Source: Candidatus Omnitrophota bacterium
GTDB taxonomy: Bacteria > Omnitrophota > Gorgyraeia > Tantalellales > Tantalellaceae
Length of the DNA stretch: 64,000 bases
Direction: 5' to 3'
NCBI GenBank assembly: GCA_035403965.1
Contig: DAONGE010000004.1
Coordinates: 18,306 to 82,305, forward strand
Each line of letters starts with the position of its first letter. The first letter of the stretch is position 1. The position numbers and the translations under genes are program-made. A model generated the notes under the pieces. That model was not told where the DNA came from and searched no databases. It saw only the letters and a list, made by a program, of their open reading frames with translations. Of the stretch, positions 52,066-61,508 are shown piece after piece.

Positions 52066-53013
52066 TCATATTTTTAATGCCTTAATGTGCTTCTTCAGGG
52101 CATTGTCGAGCTTAATCATTGCATCAATCATATCGTCCTGCAATCTACCCCATTTATCTGGGTTATTGAGTCCGGCATAATCAAATCGCTTGCTGATCCT
52201 GCAAGCTCTTCGATCCTCCAGTCTGTCCCAGTTAAGTTTTTCACCAAACTCTTTATCAATCTCTGCACGATGAGAAACAAGTTCATCAAAAATGCGCTTG
52301 TTCTCTTCGTCAGACTCCTTGCCTCGATCGATATACAACTCTGCTTGCCCGTATTTATCAGTAACTGCGTAATTTAACCCCAATCCCCTAACGCCTGAAC
52401 TGGTTCCAATCCAGTTCGCAATTCCGGGTGATATGCTAGAGTGCAGATTTGTTTTCTTCTTGCTCTTCTCAAGCAATGACTTCCAAAACTCATAACGCTG
52501 ACTATCACGTTCAGCAATTTCTTTCTTTTCATCCCCAACAATTTTTGTCTTTTCGCTAGGGCCCGTCACTATGGTAAACTTTGCCGCTGGCTCTGAGTTA
52601 CCAATCTTGTATGCCTCGACCTGCACAAGATAAAACTTCACGCCGCTCCCGGTTTCATTAAGCCACTCGATGGCTCGCATGTGTTCAGCTCGAGGATTAC
52701 TTGAAACCCAAATAGCAGTTTTTGCATCAAGATTTGAAATATAGGTCAGAATCTGGCCAAGATGTCCATGGTCTGTTTTTTCGAGTTGGTTCTCGATCAA
52801 TACTTTTTGCCCAGAACTATCTTCGGCAATTATGTCCGCTGAAAACGAACCAACACTCTTCTCTTTTTCGTCAGCGGTTAACTTAAGATCAAGCTCTTCG
52901 CCGAGAACTTCCAAGTTTTCAAATAACCAACAGGTAAAATCTTTCGCTTCTTTTTTCCAGACATCACGCAATGGAACACGTTCCATTCTTCCGACCATAT
53001 TGCCACCTCCCAC
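52066..53013 (-). CDS. DUF4268-like protein with an N-terminal PD-(D/E)xK nuclease domain
   Basis: ADIIAEDSSGQKVLIENQLEKTDHGHLGQILTY matches the D...ExQ/K nuclease core typical of this family. Confidence 0.55.
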   Translation of the reverse strand: MGGGNMVGRMERVPLRDVWKKEAKDFTCWLFENLEVLGEELDLKLTADEKEKSVGSFSADIIAEDSSGQKVLIENQLEKTDHGHLGQILTYISNLDAKTAIWVSSNPRAEHMRAIEWLNETGSGVKFYLVQVEAYKIGNSEPAAKFTIVTGPSEKTKIVGDEKKEIAERDSQRYEFWKSLLEKSKKKTNLHSSISPGIANWIGTSSGVRGLGLNYAVTDKYGQAELYIDRGKESDEENKRIFDELVSHRAEIDKEFGEKLNWDRLEDRRACRISKRFDYAGLNNPDKWGRLQDDMIDAMIKLDNALKKHIKALKI

Positions 53014-53026
53014 TGAGCGTTATAAA

Positions 53027-53257
53027 TTAATGTTTTCTATCTTTGGGCGGACACGGATCCTTGCCAAAGCTATCCTTATCCTGAATCTTGCCATCACGCC
53101 CATGGATCACGAGCTCAGACTGCTGATGTTTCGCAATCTGCCTTCCGGCATTCTCAGCGGCGTTCTTTGTGCGATGCTCCGATGTTAGCTTTGAATTACC
53201 TTCACCACGAACACCCCAGCCAGCATCCGTCTTTACCACATGCTGATTCTTACCCAT
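53027..53257 (-). CDS. DUF2188-family small protein
   Basis: HVVKTDAGWGVRGEGNSK ... ELVIHGRDGKIQDKDSFGKDPCPP matches the DUF2188 pattern. AGGAGGTG RBS before the ATG at 53257. First gene of the operon. Confidence 0.65.
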   Translation of the reverse strand: MGKNQHVVKTDAGWGVRGEGNSKLTSEHRTKNAAENAGRQIAKHQQSELVIHGRDGKIQDKDSFGKDPCPPKDRKH

Positions 53258-53379
53258 ACCGCACCTCCTGCGTTTGCCAGTAAATAAAAAAACCTCCGCC
53301 AAGTGACAATAATAGCACTAGACGAAGGTTTTGCTTTTTTAACGTCCGGGATTTATTCCTTCTAACTCGGGACACTATA

Positions 53380-53455
53380 ATTTTACATAATAGTAGCTGT
53401 TTTGTCAATTCATAAATATAAGCAAATGGACAATTAAGGATATTAGTATTATAAT
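53380..53455. promoter_or_regulatory. divergent sigma70-type promoters
   Basis: Plus strand: -35 TGGACA (53427-53432), 17-bp spacer, -10 TATAAT (53450-53455), feeding the 53497 gene. Minus strand: -35 TTGACA (complement of 53403-53408), 17-bp spacer, -10 TAAAAT (complement of 53380-53385), feeding the DUF2188 operon. Confidence 0.55.
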
Positions 53456-53496
53456 AAACAAATTACCGTTTGACTAGTATTTTTTGAGGTGCTTGC

Positions 53497-54969
53497 ATGA
53501 AAACAATGGAAATATGGGCAGATAGCTTTCATGAAGGGGAATGGTTTGTTGCCAACATTGCCCCATTCTGTAAAAGCCAGAAGATTGACTATATTTATGG
53601 CTTTATCCCTAGCCACACCTTACAGATAGCTGACTCTGTTAATGTGAACTTTACAGTCTTTGGTAGCTATAAATCATGGGAAAACTTACCAGCCAAAATT
53701 GAAAAATTATTGGACTATGGTAAACCCGATATCATTATTTACGATCGGGATTCAGATACAGTTATTTTGGCAATCGAAGAAACAGCGGCCGTCCCTACTG
53801 GAAATCAGGCCCTACAAAGATGTGAGAGGATTTTTGGAAGCGCCTATCTCAAAACTCCTTTTTCCTACCTACTCCCTGAATATGGCATCCATACTGATGG
53901 ACAAAATAGAAGAACCAGTATTTGGCCAACTTTGTTGGCTCTCAAGCTATCCATTCAATTTGGAGTGCCGTCCGTTTCATTTATGTATTCGGATTCCGAT
54001 AATCCCGAGGATTATCACAAAGGCACTGGCCTTAAATCATTATTTGAATATTCATACTTGCAAATAAAAAAGCACCTTAACCTTCTAAGCGAGAATGAAA
54101 AGGAACGCCTCAAAAAAGTTCTTAGTGACCAAATAGGTCGAATGTGTACTTTTATTGTTGATCAATACGCAAATATAATTCATTACTTACCAAGCGTGGA
54201 ACAATTAAAAAATCATGAATTCGTCCATGCGTTAGCCCAGAAGATCTTAGATAAAAGCAATTCTGAAAATTTAAATCTAGACACTTTCTTAAATTGGCCT
54301 TGTAAAAAAGATATTGATGGATTATCCCCCCTGCTCGGCTATATAAACAAAGACTCTTTCCTTTCCGGAATTGATACCGCTATAGAAAACAATAACGGGT
54401 ACGTTATCTCTCAAGGAGTTGGAAGCAAACCACAAAGCAAAGAAAGTATTGATGAGTGGCTTTTATCACAAGCCAAGCAATCTAAAAAAATAAATATTGA
54501 TTATTTAAGTCCTGTTAAGTCATTCTTGAAAACTGAAAATGGAAATTACCATATTACAACGTCAAAAAATATTACTTACTTCCTTGATAATATTTTACAT
54601 ATCGACACGGCATTCCACGATGCCTTTCCAAAAAGAAACTTTAAGCCAAGCGACCTACTCAACAACCATAAAAACCTACCGGTGTTCTTATACATTTCGA
54701 ATTCGTTGAAACCAAACCGTATCTTCGGAGATCCCTTTACTGGCCAATTCGCAACATTCTCAAATCTTTTTTGCTTTACATGTTCTTACAGAAGATACCG
54801 ATCTTCAATTATTTATCTACCCTATGTTTCGGCGGGGTGTTTTTATGATAACTCCAATACTTTAGTCCAAAATAAAGGGCTATCGATTTATCTATTATTA
54901 GCAGATTTAATAATTTGTAATAACGGGTATGTTATTTCAATGATGGAGAAAGGCAAGCTCTATGCGTAA
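53497..54969 (+). CDS. putative restriction endonuclease, large ORF (490 aa)
   Basis: AT-rich gene convergent with two DNA methyltransferases. PD-(D/E)xK-like segment DIIIYDRDSDTVILAIEET. No other recognisable homology. Confidence 0.5.
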   Translation: MKTMEIWADSFHEGEWFVANIAPFCKSQKIDYIYGFIPSHTLQIADSVNVNFTVFGSYKSWENLPAKIEKLLDYGKPDIIIYDRDSDTVILAIEETAAVPTGNQALQRCERIFGSAYLKTPFSYLLPEYGIHTDGQNRRTSIWPTLLALKLSIQFGVPSVSFMYSDSDNPEDYHKGTGLKSLFEYSYLQIKKHLNLLSENEKERLKKVLSDQIGRMCTFIVDQYANIIHYLPSVEQLKNHEFVHALAQKILDKSNSENLNLDTFLNWPCKKDIDGLSPLLGYINKDSFLSGIDTAIENNNGYVISQGVGSKPQSKESIDEWLLSQAKQSKKINIDYLSPVKSFLKTENGNYHITTSKNITYFLDNILHIDTAFHDAFPKRNFKPSDLLNNHKNLPVFLYISNSLKPNRIFGDPFTGQFATFSNLFCFTCSYRRYRSSIIYLPYVSAGCFYDNSNTLVQNKGLSIYLLLADLIICNNGYVISMMEKGKLYA

Positions 54970-55567
54970 TAATCAAATAATATATTCAATATCCGAAGAA
55001 ATCGTGCGCTTCACATTTGAAGTCCACGTAAAACGAAGCGCTCCGGAGTGGAATATTTGTTTTACAAATCCAACAGCGGGTCCATGGAAAACAATTACTT
55101 ATGAGACGCCGGATAGCTCTATAAAAATTGGTCGATACGAAAGAGAAGAACAACGTCCCGATCTAATTCTTCTAAATAATAGTAAATCGGTTTGTTTAAT
55201 AGTTGAGGCTAAGGATGAGTTCAGCAAAATATCTTCGATGGATCAAATAAATAAATCTTTTAAGGTTTTTAAAAAAGAGGTTAAACGATTTCAGTCCTGC
55301 ACAAACCTGACTAATTACTTACGAAATAAGCTTTGTTTTATCGATGGTTTTTTGTGGTATTCATCGGACAAAAAATCGGCGGATATTTTTGCGGAATCTT
55401 ATTACAAAGAAACAAAAAGCGTCAACCCTCTTGTCTGCATTCTGATCTACAAACTTCCTGACAACTCCCTCGCTTGCGGTGGTTCATTGTTTTTTGCTCC
55501 AAACACAGACAAGAGCGATCACATCATCTCTTCCTTTCAGGAATTAATGCTAAAAAGGCTCAGTTGA
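54962..55567 (+). CDS. PD-(D/E)xK nuclease-like protein (second endonuclease ORF or subunit)
   Basis: RPDLILLNN ... VCLIVEAKDE is a classic PD..(D/E)xK pattern. Overlaps the upstream ORF by 8 nt in another frame. Confidence 0.5.
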   Translation: MRNNQIIYSISEEIVRFTFEVHVKRSAPEWNICFTNPTAGPWKTITYETPDSSIKIGRYEREEQRPDLILLNNSKSVCLIVEAKDEFSKISSMDQINKSFKVFKKEVKRFQSCTNLTNYLRNKLCFIDGFLWYSSDKKSADIFAESYYKETKSVNPLVCILIYKLPDNSLACGGSLFFAPNTDKSDHIISSFQELMLKRLS

Positions 55568-57417
55568 TTATCCGCTCTTAATTGATAAAGTTTCCCTTTT
55601 TTCTCTGCAACATTTTTTAACACATCAAGAATTTCTACAATTTCCGGAGCACGACTAAAATCATAATTATCTAAAACGTTCTTTACTATTTCCCACCCAT
55701 CACAGGATCCCTTTTGCAAGCGATCCTTAACTATAGCCTCAATGTCATTTTGAACCGGCGTCGTCTTTTCGTAAGTGGGAAGATACAATAATCGTGCCTC
55801 TTTTAATTCATTAAAATTCTCTTTCAGAAACTCTTCGGCATAATACAAATGATCGCAAGATAGTTGTTTTTTAAGAACGACGCCCACAATCACTCTGATT
55901 GCATGCGGCTTATAAATAACGCCTTCCCTTGCGCCCGCCATATTTCCGAACATTTCTTTCAATAAATCATTAAATTCTTTTTGGGACAACTTATTGCGCT
56001 GGCATTCACTAACCTTCTTAAACGTTACATAAAAATCTCCTAGATAACTCCCTTGGGGTGAAAATCGTGCCTTTGCAGGGATAACCGCAGGTAATGTCAG
56101 ACATATATCTTCAAAATTTAGTGAGGCCTGTTCCGAGGCTAAAAGCAACGAATGCCACGCATCAATAACTAAGTGGTTAAATGTAAAAGTTACACATCCA
56201 TTAAAACAGAGACTATTAACGGCTTTTTTTATACCATCGACCAATTCGTTTTTATAAATATCCCACGATTTATTCCGAGTTTTACTATCTGAAACTACTA
56301 TTTCTTTTTTATAATTTGGTTCTTTTTTTAACCAAGCGTTCCAGATAGCTGAAAATTCAAGGTAAGGAACACTGTCTCCATAAGGTGGGTCAGCGAAAAT
56401 ATATCCTATTTTCTTCTCAGATATCCTCTCTCCAACAGCATCTATCCCATCGGAATATATATATGTTTTAGTCCCTTCCTTGAGCAACACATTTATTCGA
56501 GCCAATGCATCCATTGTTTTTTTGAAGCGACTTTCAAACGCAACGAAAGGATTAGTTTCTAAATGAATAGCGGGAATCCAAAAGCCGGGAACAGACCACG
56601 CAGGTCCTCCCGTAGTTAAATCATTACGATAGGCAATAAGACGGCTACATTGTGTTGCTGTAGCAGTAAGATTAAGCAAAAAAATATTTCTTATAGTTTC
56701 GTCTTTAATAGCATGGATTTTATTTGCCATCTTCGACAAAACAGTGTATGCCCTAGGTGTATAAAATTTACGCAACGTCGTATCTTGATAACTTAATATC
56801 CTTTTGTTTACTATAAACCTCACATCGTAGATTTGCCCGATCTCGTCTTTTTTGTTAGCCTGAACCGTCTGTTGCTCAATATTCTTTTTATTGTTGATAT
56901 CGAGCTTTGATGTTAACAGAACCTTGATTACGTCAGATCCACTTATGGTGCCTAAATTTGCATTGTTTGCGGTTGAACACTGCGGACAAATATATTTTTT
57001 CCCTTTCTTTTTAACTCCCTTAATCGAATAAACATTTTCGCATTTTTGACATTTAAGACACACCTCATGGACGCAATACTTTACCATCCCGTGTTCAGTT
57101 TCATATGGCTGAGCATACTCCTTAAATAAATTCTTGAGGTTCTCATGCTCATCAATTATTTTGCTCATTATTACTTTTGTTGTTGAAACATTTCCGATTA
57201 AACCAGAAATTGGGTTGATATCAATTCCGATACTATTAATACCTAGTTTTGCTGATTCGATATTAGTAACACAGCTTCCGCAGAATGGATCTAATACATA
57301 AGCGTTTTCCAACGCATATTTTTTTATAAATGACGCCACAACATTATGGGGTTTTCTAGCCCAGTATTTGTGGATTAAATATTCAGAAGGATGCGTTTTG
57401 GCAACGTAAACTTTCAT
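55537..57417 (-). CDS. DNA methyltransferase (N6-adenine/N4-cytosine, DPPY type) with a zinc-ribbon insert
   Basis: Motif I LDPFCGSC, motif IV IFADPPYGD, and C-x2-C...C-x2-C between them. 626 aa. Confidence 0.75.
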   Translation of the reverse strand: MKVYVAKTHPSEYLIHKYWARKPHNVVASFIKKYALENAYVLDPFCGSCVTNIESAKLGINSIGIDINPISGLIGNVSTTKVIMSKIIDEHENLKNLFKEYAQPYETEHGMVKYCVHEVCLKCQKCENVYSIKGVKKKGKKYICPQCSTANNANLGTISGSDVIKVLLTSKLDINNKKNIEQQTVQANKKDEIGQIYDVRFIVNKRILSYQDTTLRKFYTPRAYTVLSKMANKIHAIKDETIRNIFLLNLTATATQCSRLIAYRNDLTTGGPAWSVPGFWIPAIHLETNPFVAFESRFKKTMDALARINVLLKEGTKTYIYSDGIDAVGERISEKKIGYIFADPPYGDSVPYLEFSAIWNAWLKKEPNYKKEIVVSDSKTRNKSWDIYKNELVDGIKKAVNSLCFNGCVTFTFNHLVIDAWHSLLLASEQASLNFEDICLTLPAVIPAKARFSPQGSYLGDFYVTFKKVSECQRNKLSQKEFNDLLKEMFGNMAGAREGVIYKPHAIRVIVGVVLKKQLSCDHLYYAEEFLKENFNELKEARLLYLPTYEKTTPVQNDIEAIVKDRLQKGSCDGWEIVKNVLDNYDFSRAPEIVEILDVLKNVAEKKGKLYQLRADNQLSLFSINS

Positions 57418-58637
57418 TTTTTCTTCTCAAATGTAAGTATAAAATCAGAAAGAACAATCCCGACCTTATCACCCTCTCTTCGTTGACTGGCAACCCAAGA
57501 AGCTTCGGTAAATTTAGGTCTTCTGATCGCAATATTAATCAATTCAAGATCTATATCCCGTAAACAATCCAACAATAAACGAGTGGTTGGAATGTGTTTC
57601 CCCCTTAATCGAGTATCCCCGATCATCAAAGAAAAATAAGTTTTCTTATTAATTTGAGAGGAAAGCGCTCTAATGCTATCCGCCATATCATCAACATATT
57701 TATGAACATTCTCTTCTTTCCCGATCTTGAAGAACTCCCTAACTTCGTTTTTTGATAATTCCTTATTCGAAATGCCAAGCCAAGGCAACTCTAGCGAAAA
57801 TATCGTACTAAATTTATACACATTAAAATACGGCGGATGGCATATTATAAGTTTTGGATTAATTTCCTTGAAATTCACATGACGCACATCCTCTCTTATA
57901 AATCGAGGCGAAGCAAAATTTTCCGGGAGAGCAGAAACTGCCTTTATGATTTTTTCGGCACTTTTGTTAAATTCTATAATGGGTTCGGATTGGGCAGACT
58001 TAACATCCAGAAATAAACGACCTTGCAAAGACGTTGCCTTTGATACTTTTCTTATAATTGAAATAAAAATACAATCAAATACTCGTCTAGTAATTTCGTC
58101 ATCAATATCATTAATTAAGCTCTTAATACGTTGTAAATTCTTAAATGTTTGAGGCAAATACCAATGCTCTATTCTGGACTCATCAAACGGAATTTTCAGA
58201 TCATAGTTTTTAGATGACAATTTTTTGTATTTCTCATTTAAATTACTTAATGTTTGCTTAAGTCGACTTCCTTTCACGTATTGACATTTGACATTAACCA
58301 ACAACTCGCTCAAAACGCTTACATCTGAACATACCACCTTACGATCCATCAATAAACACTCAAGAGCTGTGGTTCCACTACCACACATAGGGTCAAAAAC
58401 CATATCACCTATCTTTGTATATCTTGAAATTAAGCCCCTAGCTACGGGTGGAGGGAATTTTCCGAAAAACCTAAATATGGAATGAGTGAGATAGGCTAAT
58501 TTAATCGAAGAATGGGGTATATCCCAGACATCCGTTATACTGCTATAATCTTCCAATTTAGAATCTCTAAGCAGTTCTTTTTGATAATCCAGAGATATAG
58601 GATCCGTTGATATAACAATTTCGGGATACGTATTCAT
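57414..58637 (-). CDS. DNA methyltransferase (second MTase of the R-M module)
   Basis: Motif I VFDPMCGSGTT and motif IV ICHPPYFN. Overlaps the downstream MTase by 4 nt. Own promoter-like TTGAAA/TAAAAT at ~58665-58700 on the minus strand. Confidence 0.75.
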   Translation of the reverse strand: MNTYPEIVISTDPISLDYQKELLRDSKLEDYSSITDVWDIPHSSIKLAYLTHSIFRFFGKFPPPVARGLISRYTKIGDMVFDPMCGSGTTALECLLMDRKVVCSDVSVLSELLVNVKCQYVKGSRLKQTLSNLNEKYKKLSSKNYDLKIPFDESRIEHWYLPQTFKNLQRIKSLINDIDDEITRRVFDCIFISIIRKVSKATSLQGRLFLDVKSAQSEPIIEFNKSAEKIIKAVSALPENFASPRFIREDVRHVNFKEINPKLIICHPPYFNVYKFSTIFSLELPWLGISNKELSKNEVREFFKIGKEENVHKYVDDMADSIRALSSQINKKTYFSLMIGDTRLRGKHIPTTRLLLDCLRDIDLELINIAIRRPKFTEASWVASQRREGDKVGIVLSDFILTFEKKK

Positions 58638-58726
58638 AATTGCTATGCCTTTTCGCTATGTATTCCTGCAATGGTTTAATTAGTATTTTACCGCTTCCTC
58701 ATTTTTTTTCAAGACTATTTAGCTAA

Positions 58727-59062
58727 TCACATAAGTTTTTTTACCTCAGAAATCATCGCACAAAAATAAAGATTTAAAATATCAGCAACAAACTTCATCT
58801 TCCCTCCGACATGCCAATCGGTATTTCGCTCCGGCTCAATCCGTGACTTGTAGTCATAAATCGTGAACACCAGCCCATTGATCCTACCAACCCACTCTGC
58901 CTTGATCTTGCCATCTGGTGAATTACCGAACTGCGGCTGGCCGAACACCCGGACGATATCCTCATAACGTGTACCTTCCGGCAAATACCCCTGACAGCCG
59001 GTGCCATCATGCGACACGCCGCCCATCTCAACCTTTAAATCAAGTTCCGCCTTAACTTTCAT
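58727..59062 (-). CDS. hypothetical small protein (111 aa), phage-like
   Basis: Overlapping-start/stop operon member; no confident domain. Confidence 0.45.
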   Translation of the reverse strand: MKVKAELDLKVEMGGVSHDGTGCQGYLPEGTRYEDIVRVFGQPQFGNSPDGKIKAEWVGRINGLVFTIYDYKSRIEPERNTDWHVGGKMKFVADILNLYFCAMISEVKKLM

Positions 59063-59342
59063 GGCTTACCTTTCTCTTGCCCCAGCCAGCCTTCCATCTG
59101 GCGACAGCTCCGGCCACAATCGTATCAACAGCTTTTTGATCGCCGATATTCTTTAACACTTCACTCAACTCCTGCTTATTTAGAACCCGAAAGTTTTTAA
59201 CCCCTCGTTCCTTAGCCGTCATCATAAGCTCGTTACGAGAAGCCCCGACATGCATAACAATCCCTTCTTTTGGAGATGCTAAACTTTCAGCTGAAACCTT
59301 TTTATTTTCTGCGACCTTTTGCTTTTTAGCTTTTTTAGCCAT
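59052..59342 (-). CDS. small basic protein with a Rho-N/SAP-like helix-extension-helix motif
   Basis: TAKERGVKNFRVLNKQELSEVLKNI resembles the Rho termination factor N-terminal domain. Lys-rich N-terminus. Confidence 0.45.
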   Translation of the reverse strand: MAKKAKKQKVAENKKVSAESLASPKEGIVMHVGASRNELMMTAKERGVKNFRVLNKQELSEVLKNIGDQKAVDTIVAGAVARWKAGWGKRKVSHES

Positions 59343-59361
59343 TGCGATATCCTCCTTTAAT

Positions 59362-59628
59362 TTACAGCACCGACTCTTGTAATTTACCGGTTACGACATC
59401 AAGCATTTGAAAGTGTGTGACACCGCCTTCCTTCCACTGCTGTTCGATCGTGATCGACCATTTGCCCAGCGGCATAACTCGCTGGATTTCCCGTAAGCGT
59501 AACTTAGCGGCCGGAAGATGATCCCGCATCCGCCCGGACACCGGGATATTCTCGACATACGTCTCATCGCCAGAATTATGGACGCTGATATACCGGCTCT
59601 TTTTCGCCGTCATGTTTTCACGAACCAT
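59362..59628 (-). CDS. hypothetical small protein (88 aa)
   Basis: Operon member, no domain recognised. Confidence 0.4.
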   Translation of the reverse strand: MVRENMTAKKSRYISVHNSGDETYVENIPVSGRMRDHLPAAKLRLREIQRVMPLGKWSITIEQQWKEGGVTHFQMLDVVTGKLQESVL

Positions 59629-59691
59629 AAAAATCCCCTCCTTTCGAGGGGTATAGGGCCATACGTTTTAATAGTTGGCAAGGCGTTTCTT

Positions 59692-60027
59692 CTAAAATTC
59701 CACCCGCACGCCAGCCTTACCACCCACGCCCTTGCGATTATCTGATTCGGCGAATCCATAGCCTTCCACAAAAGGACTGACCTCAATGCCGGGCTTCTCC
59801 TGCTTTTTCTGATCCACCGTCACCTGAGCGCCGGACTGAGCGATGATATGCGTTTCCTGCTTTGTGGTTTGCGTCGGCATAAAGAACGCACGATAAATCG
59901 TGAGCCCGACAAAACCAAGCAACGCTATGCCAGCCGCATAACGTAATGTTTTCACCCACGGTAATACCTGAGTGAAACTTCCCAAAAACTTCAATAAACT
60001 AAACTTCTCACCATCAGCCATATACAC
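59692..60027 (-). CDS. small membrane protein (111 aa), holin/spanin-like
   Basis: One or two TM helices then a hydrophilic tail. Confidence 0.4.
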   Translation of the reverse strand: MYMADGEKFSLLKFLGSFTQVLPWVKTLRYAAGIALLGFVGLTIYRAFFMPTQTTKQETHIIAQSGAQVTVDQKKQEKPGIEVSPFVEGYGFAESDNRKGVGGKAGVRVEF

Positions 60028-60028
60028 C

Positions 60029-60295
60029 TCACTTTCTTCCCGCTTTAAGATCGCTCCTGAGTTCGTCTATCGCCTTAATAATCCGGTCATTTTCTTTCTC
60101 GATAAACCGGCTCTGAATATCAAACTCCGCTTTCGACACATAAAGGCTTCTTGGCATGTGAATCTCGTCATTCGCCAGATGATGAAACAGCTTCTCATCA
60201 ATACGGTTGACCTGCGCAATAATAACCCCGAGCATGAATATCGTAATTGTCACCAGAACCGGCGTGATGAATTTAGTCCAGTTACCGCTCTGCAT
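60029..60295 (-). CDS. small membrane-anchored coiled-coil protein (88 aa), i-spanin-like
   Basis: N-terminal TM helix followed by a coiled coil. Confidence 0.4.
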   Translation of the reverse strand: MQSGNWTKFITPVLVTITIFMLGVIIAQVNRIDEKLFHHLANDEIHMPRSLYVSKAEFDIQSRFIEKENDRIIKAIDELRSDLKAGRK

Positions 60296-61508
60296 GATCG
60301 CCTTTCCCTTTTAACGCTTCCAATATCTCCTCGTTCTGCTTGGCGACATCAACCAATACCTTTCCGACCTTATAGAGCATGCGCTCACGCCTGTCAGCCA
60401 GCTCAACCGGCAAAAAGCCCAACGCCTGCTCGCTCTCAACAGCACATATCCGGCAATATTTCGTGATCGGCACCGTGAGTTCCTGATTGACCTTGTAGTG
60501 CGTGATCACGCAACTGTGACATGTGCGGGCGTGCGGGCAGTTCTTCCAACAGCCGGTGTATTCCTTGTCGATATTCAAAAAGATGCCCCGGATAAATGGT
60601 CGCTCGTGAAAGATATTCCCGAGCTTGAATATCCGTGCGCTGGCCGCACGATGACAAGGATAAACGTCACCGTTATCCAATATCGCAATATACGTCTTGC
60701 CAGCCTGACAGTATTCCTTCTCTGGTGGCGTCTCATCATTAACGATCCTGAGTGGCTTATCGATAAACGCTATCTCAAGCGGCAACCCCTGACGTTTGCA
60801 ATACCGGCGGTAATGATAAATCTGCGCCAGCTGATACCGGTACTGCTCGACCGCTTCCTCTGTCCAATCTTGCTCCATTACGGCGTGATGCATAATCTTC
60901 GTAATCCCAAGCTCATGCAAATACTGAACGTTGATCGCCAGCCGCCCGACTGTCTTGGGCGTGAACGTCATACGCACGCTCATATCCGGCTTAATCGCCA
61001 AAATACTTTTTATGTTCTCAATGATCCTCTTATAGTCGCCATGCCGGTATTCGGTATGCGTGATCTCATCGCCGTCACAGCTGACCTGAACCGCCATCCC
61101 CAGCTCGGCGAATTTCTTGAACACGCCCTCATCGAAAAACATACCGTTGGTAGAAATCGAGAATGTGGATGTATGCCGACCCTCTTTATCCGGCGGCCAC
61201 AGTTCCCGTGCGTATTGAGCAAGCTCAATCACCGTCTGCGGATAAAGTAACGGCTCACCACCAAAGAACGTAATCTGCAACCCCTGCGGGCTTAACTCCT
61301 TCATTCGAGCGAGAATCTTTTTTCCATGTTCGACCGAAAGCACCGCCTCAGTCTTTGGATGAAAACAATAATCACAATGCATATTGCACTGCTCGGTAAC
61401 GAACAAATCAATACTTTTGATTTCGTCTTTGGTCTTACCGCCGACCACTTCCTCGTTAGACATTAACCGCCTCCTTCTTTTCTTTTTCCAACTGAATATA
61501 TTTATCAA
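60282..61508 (-). CDS. radical SAM/SPASM-domain enzyme 1 (anSME-like)
   Basis: CNMHCDYC cluster plus a C-terminal SPASM Cys array (CQAGKTYIAILDNGDVYPC, CWKNCPHARTCHSC). Start is uncertain, either M1 or MSNEE. Confidence 0.8.
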   Translation of the reverse strand: MINIFSWKKKRRRRLMSNEEVVGGKTKDEIKSIDLFVTEQCNMHCDYCFHPKTEAVLSVEHGKKILARMKELSPQGLQITFFGGEPLLYPQTVIELAQYARELWPPDKEGRHTSTFSISTNGMFFDEGVFKKFAELGMAVQVSCDGDEITHTEYRHGDYKRIIENIKSILAIKPDMSVRMTFTPKTVGRLAINVQYLHELGITKIMHHAVMEQDWTEEAVEQYRYQLAQIYHYRRYCKRQGLPLEIAFIDKPLRIVNDETPPEKEYCQAGKTYIAILDNGDVYPCHRAASARIFKLGNIFHERPFIRGIFLNIDKEYTGCWKNCPHARTCHSCVITHYKVNQELTVPITKYCRICAVESEQALGFLPVELADRRERMLYKVGKVLVDVAKQNEEILEALKGKGDHAER

